From Azolla caroliniana (taxonomy: Eukaryota; Plantae; Polypodiophyta), in NCBI GenBank assembly GCA_043228905.1, contig JBHGNT010000009.1, forward strand, positions 18,910,001-18,974,000: a stretch of DNA of 64,000 nucleotides, read 5' to 3'. A program made the position numbers and the translations under genes. Below the pieces are notes generated by a model that was not told the DNA's origin, ran no database searches, and worked only from the letters and a program-made list of their open reading frames with translations. Below are positions 51,553 through 61,896 of this stretch, one piece after another; position 1 is the first letter of the stretch, and the number at the start of each line of letters is the position of its first letter.

Positions 51553-52200
51553 TGTCGCGTTACTATGCGCGTGCGTGGAGAAACGAGGCGGGACCACCGG
51601 GGTCTTGAACCGAAGAGCAGGTGATAGAAGGGGAAAAGAGAAAGAGAGAGACGCCCGATCACGTATGAGCAAAGAAACACAGGGGCGCGGCCCGTCAACA
51701 CAGAAGACGCGAATGGACACAGAGACAGGGAGGCACAAGTGTTTGTATATTAACGAATAACAAGTACACAGCAGAACACGCGAGCGGTTACAACCGAACA
51801 GGCCGGCGAACAGATGTCAATGCCTGTTCGTCTGCGCACAAAAAGGGGATAGGATGGAGGTGCTGCTGAAGCACATGGGCGTTCCTCGAAGCAGCGCGAG
51901 CCTCCCGAAACCTGCAGAGAAGAGCAACAGAGAACAGATAGAGGAGAAGCGTTCGATTCCGGTCCGACAACACTGCGTCCTCCTCAATGCGCAATCCCTT
52001 TCTCCCTGCGTCTCCCTCTCCTTTATAGCGTCAAGAAGGGAGCCGTCTCCCTCATTTACTTCCTACCTACCGAATCTAACTACCCGGATATGCCTTCATA
52101 CTTAATTCCCTATTATATACATTAAGGGCGCGCACACGTGAAGAGCCGGTTCACGCCTGCTATGCACCGATTGCGCCAAGGGACGGTTTTCTTCACGACA
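51553..52200 (-). repeat. 5' LTR of Gypsy
   Basis: Close match to 44535-45182, followed by TSD ACGT. Confidence 0.95.
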
Positions 52201-52365
52201 ACGTCTTCTTTTGGTCCATTCCATCTATCATGAAACACATGTAGTTAGTTGGATTGTTTATCTACTTTTCCCTGTGGTGCATAGCTCCTTTTCACTCTAT
52301 TGCTTGGGCATCTCGGTGATCTTGTAACAATTTCTTATTTAGCTCCTTCTCAGTCGTTGTCTCTG
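52201..52365 (-). pseudogene. Upstream part of the Sola1-like transposase (first catalytic Asp region)
   Basis: Minus strand reads LLQDHRDAQAIE*..NYMCFMIDGMDQKKT and joins CLPHLKRLPK across the Gypsy TSD. Confidence 0.85.
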
Positions 52366-52661
52366 TACGCCGTATCGAGTTGAGGCTCCTAACGCCAGAA
52401 CTCGATACGCCTTATCGATTTGTGACCCCCAACTCGATGCGCCGTATCGATTTGAGGCTCCTAACGCCAGAACTCGATATGCCGTATCGAGTTGTGACCC
52501 CCAACTCGATACGCCGTATCGATTTGAGGCTCCCAACTCGATACGCCGTATCGATTTGAGGCTCCCAACTCGATATGCCGTATCGATTTGAGGCTCCCAA
52601 CTCGATACGCCGTATCGATTTGAGGCTCCTAACACCATAACTCGATACGCCGTATCGAGTT
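52366..52661. repeat. Array of nine 23-bp palindromes (AACTCGATACG-C-CGTATCGAGTT) at 32- or 40-bp period
   Basis: Copies at 52366 (partial), 52399, 52431, 52471, 52503, 52535, 52567, 52599 and 52639. Confidence 0.95.
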
Positions 52662-53386
52662 GAGGGTCACAGAGACACTCGGGCAGTTAGACCACACTAT
52701 TAATGTACATTACACCATCAGAAACACGAAAGAAAACATTAGGCTAAAAATAAGAAGTAAAAACATGTTTAGAAATTCCAAATTAAGGTCCAAATACAGT
52801 AGAAATTGGCCTACAATATGAGATTTGGATACTGATGGGGATGTCAAAAGTCTAGTAATTTGAGGGTTTAGAGAACTTAGAGACGTTAGATATATATTTA
52901 TCTTGCCTTGTAATCAAGTTCCTAGGTTTCTAATCCTGTTTCCCCCATCCTACAAGTCCTTTACTCTAATATGGTTATTGTAACACTGAAATGAGGCCAG
53001 AAAATTACTGGATTGCTAATTTGGCACACCATACGACCTTCATTTACTAGGAATGTGCATACTATAAGACTGAAGTGAGGCCAAAACATTACCATACCAC
53101 CTTACTACCTTACTACCATTGCCAGTTAGGAGGATATAGGTTTATGTTTCACAATTCCGTTATCTGAACTCCCTTTCCAGTGCCTCTTACTAGGTTTTCG
53201 ACCTTATTATTACACGCTTTAAGTAGTTCCCTTACACAAGTTGTTAGGCAAGAGCTTAATGAGGCCAAACTATATTTTGAATTCTCATTTTCCAAACCTT
53301 ACTATCAAGATTACAATACATTATCATTTGAGAGAATGTAGGTTTAGGTTCACTGTTCTCTTATTTCATTTAGGTCGACTGATCCT

Positions 53387-54253
53387 ATGGAGGAGAGGCC
53401 ACTTAAAAGAATTAGGATTAAGTATCAAAGCTCTCCTCTAGAGACAACAAAGATTTCTGTTGTCACGTATCCGCAAAAGGGAAAGAAACTCGTTTTTGAG
53501 GATGAAGTCGTGAGGCAGTCGTCTGACGAAGTTAGTTAGAAGACATTTATCACGGCTGGAGGAGGTGAAGACCAACTGGACAGAGACTTAACTGGACACA
53601 AGTGGGCATTGCAATATGCTGACTCGAAAAAGAAGGTAGTACTCTTAGTTTCCAAACTGGCTGGACGTCGGATGCTTGCCCAAGATCGGTCATTTAGCTA
53701 TGGCAAAATTTTGTGGCTTAACTATGAAGATTCAGACTCAACTAATTTGATTGTGTGAGTCAACTGTACAAAAGGAGTTCGTAAGATGATCGTCTCCGAA
53801 GACTACTTGTTGAAGGATTCATGCGGGCCAGAATCCTTCCGGAATGCTATTGAGACAAGTACCAACCTGATAACAACACTGAGGCCATACATTGAAGGCC
53901 ATGTTAATTTGAAGTCAGCCTCTTTATCGCCTGTTAAAGCACCAATAAAGAAATCTGTTGTGCAGTCTAGGCCTCAAAAAAAGAAGGTGACAAGAATGTC
54001 ATATTTTGAGTCATCGAGTTCAACAGAAGATGATGAGGCTCAATCTACACCAAGAGCAGAGCTTGCGTCTGGCGTGTTGTCATCAGAACAAAATAAAATA
54101 AGAGGGGACATCATCCATAGAAAGCTTGTGTCGAAAGGGCAAGTTTTTAACCTTTCGATAACCCATATTCATCACCCCCCTCTAGATGAGAATACAGGAC
54201 GTCGTCCTTTGGAGATCAGAGCACCACATAAATTGCACGTCCAAAATTTATAG
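53387..54253 (+). pseudogene. Disrupted second gene inside the TIR element, divergent from the transposase
   Basis: ATG at 53387 after a TTTAG acceptor-like site; MEERPLKRIRIK (NLS-like); stops, then a 155-aa frame ending HHPPLDENTGRRPLEIRAPHKLHVQNL*. Confidence 0.55.
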
Positions 54254-55159
54254 TGGGACTGCAGGAGGCATTTGTAGATATTGGGGAGTATTTATTTTAT
54301 TGGAGGGGATTATACAACAAAAATCATGTTTCTATGGTTGATGATTGTCTGGACTGGATGTACAGAGGGCTATCAATGTGTGTTCTATATAGATTATGAG
54401 TACTTCATTTGTATATATGTGTTTAACTTCTTGATTTAGTGTTAATTTGTAGACAATCAAATGAAAATTTTAATACATGCTTCAACGTTACTACTGGAAT
54501 GTTATCTCTAGTTTGGCACCGAAAACTTTAGCACTGCCTATGCCTTAATAATTGTCATATATGTTTTGGGTATATTCTTTTATGTCTAATGTCATGTAAA
54601 CTAATAGTTATGAGTACGCTTTCTACTTCTAATTTTCATGTGTTGTCATGAACATATAGATTTGGTATTATATCCTAATGATCTTTACTAAGGATTAATT
54701 GCGGTGTATTGTATTCAATAATATGTAAATATCAATTTCTCAAATAACATATACACCTCTCTTGGAAAGTTTAACCATTGTAAACCTCTGCACTTTACAT
54801 CTCACGAAAATGGAATCCCTGTTTGTAAATAATTAATTTGTATCAAATGAATGCGCGATAAACCCCAACCCTAAATTTGCAAACATTGCAAAAATAAATC
54901 TCATACATTTATATTTTCTCCAATAAATAGCATGATCTCTAGGTATAGAGAATCTGCATCGGATTAATAAATCAATAAATTCACCATCTTTGGTTGAGCA
55001 TTTGATACTAGTGCATGTCCGATTTCACAACAGGCTAAAATTGTGTGACTACAAAGGGAATCTAAAAGTGGAATGCGCGATCCTTCCACTTCTGAACGCG
55101 AACGTGTTTTTTTTCCTTTTTCTTTTTATGAATAAACTTGTAATCTGGCTGATTTTGCA

Positions 55160-57480
55160 ATTAGCCCCACGGTCGTCCGGACCGCTTCAGCCTAGTAGAA
55201 CTTGGGCATGCTCTTCTCTTCCAACATTTCCCCTGCCACCTCCACAATAGACCGGTTCTTCCTTTCGTCCACCCCGTTTTGTTCCGTTGTGTATTTGCAA
55301 CTGAATTCTCTCTGAATTCCCTTATGTTGCAAATAACTGTTGAATTGGCCGGAAAAGTATTGTTTTCCACCATCCAACAACAGGAACTTCATCTTCCTCT
55401 TCGTTTCCCGTTCGATAAGACTTTGTAGGTACCGGAAACAGTCGAAAACTTCTCTTTTCCTTTCGATTAGGTAGATCCATGTGTGCTGGTTGTAGTCGTC
55501 GATGAAGAAGACGAAAGATCGGCTCCCGCCAAGACTAACGTTCTGTGCCGGTCTCGGTTTCTTTCAGTGGGGAACAGAAGCCAGTGTTGTTCCCCAGCTG
55601 GCAGGCTTCACAAATTTGGGCCTTCTGGCCATTAAACTTCGGCAATCTGAAAACAACCTATTTCGTCTACGGGTCTTGAAGGCTCTGGAAGTTGACGTGG
55701 CCGATCCACTTGTGCCATAAGTCGATATCCTACTCAACCTTCTGTCCTTTGGTCAATAGAGCTGTGTCGACGTCATTAGTATCGAGGATGAACATCCTCG
55801 CGTCCTGACACCCTTGCGCGATGATCCGGCCCTCTTCCTCAATGAAACACCCAAGATGCGTAAACCAGACCTGCATTCCTTGGTCGATGATCTGCCTGAC
55901 TGACACTAGGTTCTTCGTGATTGTCGGGACATGAAGCACGGTCATAAGCTTCCCTTGTTGTCCGACATGACTCATGGGAACTTCTCCTACATATGCACTA
56001 TTGGGTGAGGACTGTCGTCTCCGGTTTCGACAAATCCCGGTTTCTCCAGAAACGAGAACCACTCTTTGTGGCTCGTCATGTGTTTAGATGCTCCAAAGTC
56101 AATGTACCACACTTCCTCCAATCTGCAAGTGGTCTTCTTCATTGAGTTCGCCTTGTGCTTCATCACGAAGGCTGGCCCTTTTCCGGTCTTTCCAAATCCG
56201 GATCCAGAACTGTTGTCGGCACTATCTTTGTGCCTTTAGTGCTACTCTTGTCGGCCGCTTGCATTGCGTGCCAACCCACCTTGTCCTCCATGCCCACGGG
56301 GCTGATCTGCCTCTATGTATAGCATCCGACTATCCGATTGAGTGGTCCTCGACCACTTGCATGGTTTTCTTCGACAATGAGCATCGATTGCAGGTCAAAG
56401 AAGGACAATGGCTTCTCCTGGGTGCAAATTGTCGTCCGGATTGGCCCTGTACTGGTGTGTTAGACCATCGAGGCAGATCTGGACCATCTGTTCTTCGTCC
56501 ACCTTCACGTTGATGGACCTGAGCACATCGTAGATCTCCTTGATCTTGGTGGTGTAGTCGATGACCGACATGTCCCATTGCCGGATAATGTTGAGCTCTT
56601 GTCAGAGCTGCAACTTCCAAGCCGTGGTACTTGCGGCGAAAATCTTTCGAAGATTTTCCCAGGCCTGCTTTGGTGACGTTGCTTCTCTAATGTAGCCGAG
56701 CATCTGTTCATGCACACAGGACGTGAGGCAGTACAACACTCTACTGGCTCCTTGCTCCCATACCGGAAAGTCCTTGTGTGCCAAATCCGGCGCTGCTTCA
56801 TTTGCTCCTTCCACGTAGCCCAATTATCCATGCCTCAGAAGGTATTAGTGCATTTTATACGACCAAGACACATAGTTGCTCTGGTCGAGCTTTTTTGTAG
56901 GAAGCGAGCTCGCCATGCTTCTGTCCATGTCTTTCTTCTCTCTTCTGTTCCTTACCAGTGATTAGGGTTTGTCCGTTTCGAGCAGTGGTTGGCAGCAGAG
57001 GTTCTGAACCCTCTCGTTGTGATACCATGAAAAGAATTACATGTAGAAGCTTGTAGACAAACCGGCTCAGCCAGATAACAACAGTAAATACAAATGACGG
57101 TTTAATGGAAGCTTAAGAATACACAGTACACAAGAGAGATAGAGAGAGTAGAATACCATAAACTTGATTCAAAGTATTAACACTATGTACATACAAATGT
57201 CCTACAGAATACGTTTTATACAAGTCCTTAAAAGGACTAACAGAAGTACTGACATGTACTGCAATGCTCATACGAACGACTAACACTAACTCCAAAGAAT
57301 ATGCCTACGTATTGGGCTTGGACCGTAGGCTCCAACGGCCTACCGGTTCTCACTATTCTGGAGTACAATTTGGTTCTCCGGTCTGGCTCTTGGTACCGGA
57401 TACCGATATATCCAGACACCTATCCGGTTCTCTATTCCGGATACCGATCCAGCTTTGGCTTATTTAGCTGATCCGGATCC
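55160..57480 (-). mobile_element. Copia element, 5' half (5' LTR from 57028, PBS, gag, PR, INT start); probably the same element as 39798-42457
   Basis: PBS rc ending GATACCA at 57027; gag KLDQSNYVSW; EQNGVDERKNR; the LTR TGAAAAGAATTA..GCTTGTAGACAAAC matches 39798. Confidence 0.85.
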
Positions 57481-57747
57481 GAATGAGCCACACTCTATTT
57501 GTAGTACAACCTGGTTCCTCTTCTTGGGTGGTTGTCATCTTCATTGCAAAATCCTCATTGATGATGCTAGACACCTGGTTCTTTGTAAAGTCTTGCTCTA
57601 GGTTAAGGCTACATCCTGTGTTTTGGACTGACACCTCATTCGTAGTACAACCCTGTTCCTCTTCTATGGCGGTTGTTACAACGTCCTTAATGATACAGTT
57701 TGGGCCTAAGTTAAGGCTACTTACGGTGTTCAGGATCACGTGAAATA

Positions 57748-58021
57748 TGTGGAATATTTCTCGACCACAACCGAGTCTCAGATTGTGTCATTTAGAATCG
57801 AACACTGAGAATGGGAATGGAGGTGAAAAACACGTACACACAAACAATATGAGAGAGGGTACACAGTATGTTTGCGTGGAAAACCCTAAATGGGAAAAAC
57901 CACGGGAGTCCACAAACTCCAAATATCACTATGTCGAGAGGAATACAACAGGGGGCACAGAGGCAACGACCTCGTGCTCACACTCTTCACATGGCAGCGG
58001 TTACAATAGAGAATCACTCTG

Positions 58022-58056
<35 letters not shown>

Positions 58057-58320
58057 TACACTCTGTACAACAGTTACACCAATAACTCTATACAAAATAA
58101 TTACAATTCAAATAATATAGCAACAACATCCTCTGTTTGCCCTAGGTCATATTTATACTAATATGACTTTCGGGCTATTTACAAATGTAGCCTCAATGGG
58201 CTACCAGAGACATATTTACATATATGTCCCTTCATCCGGTGAGAGGTTCTCACCGGGTCTTCCTCATCCCATCTGGAGGGACCGAAATCTTAACAAACTC
58301 CCCCTTCACTCTGGCATAGG
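57748..58320 (-). mobile_element. Copia 3' LTR (57748-58295) plus PPT, truncated; related to the 32211 family
   Basis: Minus strand ATGCCAGAGTGAAGGGGGAGTTTGTTAAG matches 37126-37152; contains (CT)n at ~58025-58053. Confidence 0.85.
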
Positions 58321-58327
58321 AAAGTCC

Positions 58328-61134
58328 TTCTACACGCACGCGCGTAACAACGCGACAACGGGTTTGTAGCCGCTTCGATAAGAGAAGGGAATGGAACGAC
58401 GGGTCTCCGTTGAGCGGCCAAACATCCACAAGCTCCATTAGTGAGACACACGAACCCAGGGGTGGTAGAATACCTCAAGAAAGAGAGCAAGAAAATGCAA
58501 GGTTTGTCCCCGAGAGAAACGTGGTTGAAGCACCGTCGGGAGGGTCGGCAATAGACGAGCTCACAAAGATGGTGCGAGATTTCCATATAGCGCAAGCTAG
58601 GAGAGAGAGTGGTGTCCCTCAAGATCAACGTCCTCTATTCGCGCAAAGATGTATCTGGTGTGACAACCCCGACCACCTACGAAGGGAGTGTGGAGACTTT
58701 CAAGAGGCCCTAAGAAAGGATATTGTCTATCTTTGGAACAATAGGGTCTATTCGACGGAGACAAGGCGCCCCTTGTGATTGAATCAAGGCCGAGGGGGCA
58801 TGAGAAGTCTAATGGAGGAGGCCGAAGCACAACATGTTGAAGTCGTCCACTACTCGGTGTCGGCTGGGATCCGAGAGGGGAAAGAGGTGAGGAGGCAAGA
58901 GGAGAAAGAGTTTGACTTTTGGCCATCAATCCTTGGAAGCATCTCTAAGGGGAAGTTCAAAAGAGAAGAAGTGGACGACGCAGAAAGAAGGGTCCAAGAA
59001 GGATCCGGTGGAAGAAAAGATAGGTTTAGTGGAAGCCGCTTGCCAAAACTACGAAGTAATGGTAGAAGAGAAGAAGGTAGGAAATGACAAGGGAGCCGGT
59101 CCATCAAGGAAATACGATGCTCGAGGTGCATGAAGAAGGGAAGTTCCGAACCAGTCTCAAGCATGCGACGAAAGATGGAAAGAGAAGGGGAACCCCCCCA
59201 ACTTCAAGTTTTGCTCGGAGATCGAACAAGCAACGGACTTGAAGAAGGTAGTGGAGGAAAGGATCCTCGATAGTCGCGTAGAGTTTACTCTGCGAGAGGT
59301 CCTCGGAATTGCCAAGAAAGAATTCCATGAGGTCATCATCGACCAAATGAAGAGGAAGCGGCTCTCGACGGAGCAAGAAGTGGCAAAGCCCACGATTGTA
59401 AATGCATTGTCAACTGAGGTTCCCGAGGAAGACGAAGACTATGCGGACAGTCACTACAAGAGGCCACATTGGGCGAGAGCGACAACAAAGACACCGGTAC
59501 GGGCCGGAGATGTAAAAGAGCCGGTTGTAGCATTGATCGACCATGGCTCTGAGATCAACCTTATGTCCGTGGACTTTTATAAAATGGGAAAGTGGCCGAT
59601 CAACACGAAGCACGGGGGGAAGATTAGAGCGGCGACCCGAGCAACCGAGGACCTATACGGGGCTTGCCCGAATGTACGTGTGAAGGTGGGGGACGTAGAA
59701 ATAGATCAACATTTCTTTGTTCAAGAGACGTCCTCGCACCCGGTCATCTTGGGTGAACCATACATCACAGCGGCTCGCATGGAGATGAAGGTGCTAGACA
59801 ATGGGTCGGCATATGCGAGAGTCAAGAGACAAGATGGGAAGCATTTGGTCCAATTCCTTACGGTGAGGCCCAACCATGAGTGCAATCGAGCCTCCCTCAA
59901 AGGGGAGAGCCGAGAGGATTTTTGATTCGGGCTATTAAAGAGTGGGGCCGCAATAGCCCGAGGCCAACTAAGACCCTAAATCCTTGTAAAACTATTAAAT
60001 GTAATAGGAAACTATTTTGGTTCTCCGAAAATGGAGCTTGTAAAATTACTAGTTTAAGTGATAGAGATAAGTCTAGGGCCAAGAGATACGAAAGGTATCT
60101 CAAACAATGTAATTTATTGGGGGAAGATGACACCATAAGAGATGCCATGGAGACGGTCTCGTTCTACGACACTCTCAGAAAGATGGAGAGGGTAGTCGTT
60201 TCGGGCCTCAATGAAGTGAAGGTAATTCCAGTCAACTCAGTTGACATGTACACCGCCATCGAAGAGCTTGGGTGGTTGATTAAGGAAGCGAGGACGGTCA
60301 AGTTGCAAACAAAGTACAAGACCACCGTGGACAAGAAGGTGAAGCCTATGGCTGCCCCATTTCCTAACGATAGTTGGGATTGGATAAAGGGGGTAGCGGC
60401 TGATCCTAGCTTGCGGGACCCACGAGGCATAGGGAACCCGTTCACCGATGAGACGCGACAGAAGCTCCGGATTGGTGGGGCTGGCTTCCTATTGCCTAGG
60501 GAGGAGGAAAGATTTAAGAAGGACTTTCGCCTTCTCGTCGGGTGAGATAGGGTGTGTAAACCCTAAGATCGTGGAACCAATGGGGATCTTTACGGTGCCA
60601 CATGCACCATGGAACATCAAGCCATTCCCGGTTCCGAGAGCTCACATCCCGAAGTTGATTTAGCTACTCAAGGAAAAGATCGAGATGGGTATCCTCAAGC
60701 CATCAAGTGCCCCATACTCGAATTGGTGGTTCACTGTGCCAAAGAAGAACGACACCTTACGCTTCATCCAGGACCTACAACTTGTTAATCAAGTGACAAT
60801 TCGAAATGCAGGGCCGAGCGTTGAGGAATTCGCCGAGGCCTTCGTTGGAAGGTCTATTTATTAGATCGGTGATCTATACTCGGGGTATGATCAATTCCAA
60901 CTAGCTATGGAGAGTAGGGACATCACGACGATGCGGACCCCTATCGGCCTAGTGGGAATGTGTACCTTACAACAATGAGGCACTAACTCTGTAGCCCACA
61001 TGGTAAATGCAATGAACAAGGTATTGAGAGATTGCATCCCCGACATCACCATGTCATTCCTCAATGACATCCCCATAAAAGGGTGCTCTGAAGCGGAGAA
61101 AGATGAAACCTTGGACGAGGATGGGTGCAGACGT
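58328..61134 (+). mobile_element. Truncated Gypsy (LTR end, gag, PR, RT start), same lineage as 44535-52200
   Basis: LTR end ..CACGCACGCGCG..ACGCGACA at ~58356; CIWCDNPDH; LIDHGSEIN; GDLYSGYDQF; FLNDIPIKGC. Confidence 0.88.
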
Positions 61135-61896
61135 TGTCGCGAAATTTCGCGAGTACGTGTAGAATTCCAGGCGGGACCACGGGGGTCTTGGACTAGGGAG
61201 TGACGGAGCGTAGGAAGTTGTGCTTCACCATTTCCGGGGCATCCCAGAAGCACACTGGAAGCAACCGAAGGGAGAGAGAGAGAGAGAACAAGCACGCAAC
61301 ATTGACTCTCTCACACACACACAACACCGACCCAACTCACGCCCTTATGTACATAAGCAAGAAAGAAACACTAAGACACACACACACCCCAACAGAAACA
61401 CAAATATGCACAACCAAATGTATATGTATTTACAAGACAACGAGATTCAACACTGACTTCGAGCCGGACCTAGGTAGCATAGGATACAACTGTTGTCTAC
61501 TGCCAAGCCGCCGGTCGGGGAGCTCTCGGTCTTGTTGCGCCGAGCGGGGTCTTGCACGGAGAATAGGGCAGAAAACGGAAACACTAGATGCCAAGGCTCG
61601 ACACACAGAACGACGAAGAAGAAGCAAAGGAAAACAAGAAGAAACCCTAAAACCAGAGAAAAGAAAGAGGAAGAGAGAACGTTTCTTCCTCTAACGGTAT
61701 ACCCTACTACCAAAAATGGGCAACCCCTTCACCAAGGGCGCTCCCTTCCTTTTATAGAACAAGGAGAGAGATCCATAGCATCGTGGGATAAATCCCTTAT
61801 TACATGGGATTCTTGTCCCGACTTGATTACTCTTCGGCGCCATAAAGGCGGCCTCGTTATTCACACTAAATGTACAAGGGTGAGCGCACATGCTGC
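61135..61896 (-). repeat. LTR of a third Gypsy copy, inserted in the RT of the previous one and itself interrupted
   Basis: Begins TGTCGCG after ACGT; shares GGCGGGACCAC.GGGGTCTTG and CCTTTTATAG-like blocks with the 44535 LTR. Confidence 0.75.

Larger units (their letters stand above)
44535..52200 (-). mobile_element. Full-length non-chromodomain Ty3/Gypsy element inserted in the transposase
   Basis: 648-bp LTRs at 44535-45182 and 51553-52200, 4-bp TSD ACGT, PPT rc TCCGCCCCCACCT. gag CMWCDEVGH; PR LVEHGSEIN; RT GDLYLGYDQF, LPQGGTNSV, PFLDDIPIKG; RNH; INT with WFGPY. Confidence 0.95.
42573..55108 (-). mobile_element. TIR-bounded DNA transposon with Sola1-like transposase (about 4.9 kb once the nested Gypsy is removed)
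   Basis: Perfect 35-bp inverted repeat AACACGTTCGCGTTCAGAAGTGGAAGGATCGCGCA at 42573-42607 and 55074-55108, T-run flanks on both sides, transposase inside. Confidence 0.78.

Noticed and set aside
52366-52661. CRISPR-like array of palindromic repeats
   Set aside because: Spacers are only 9 or 17 bp and are themselves repeated; no cas genes; eukaryotic context.
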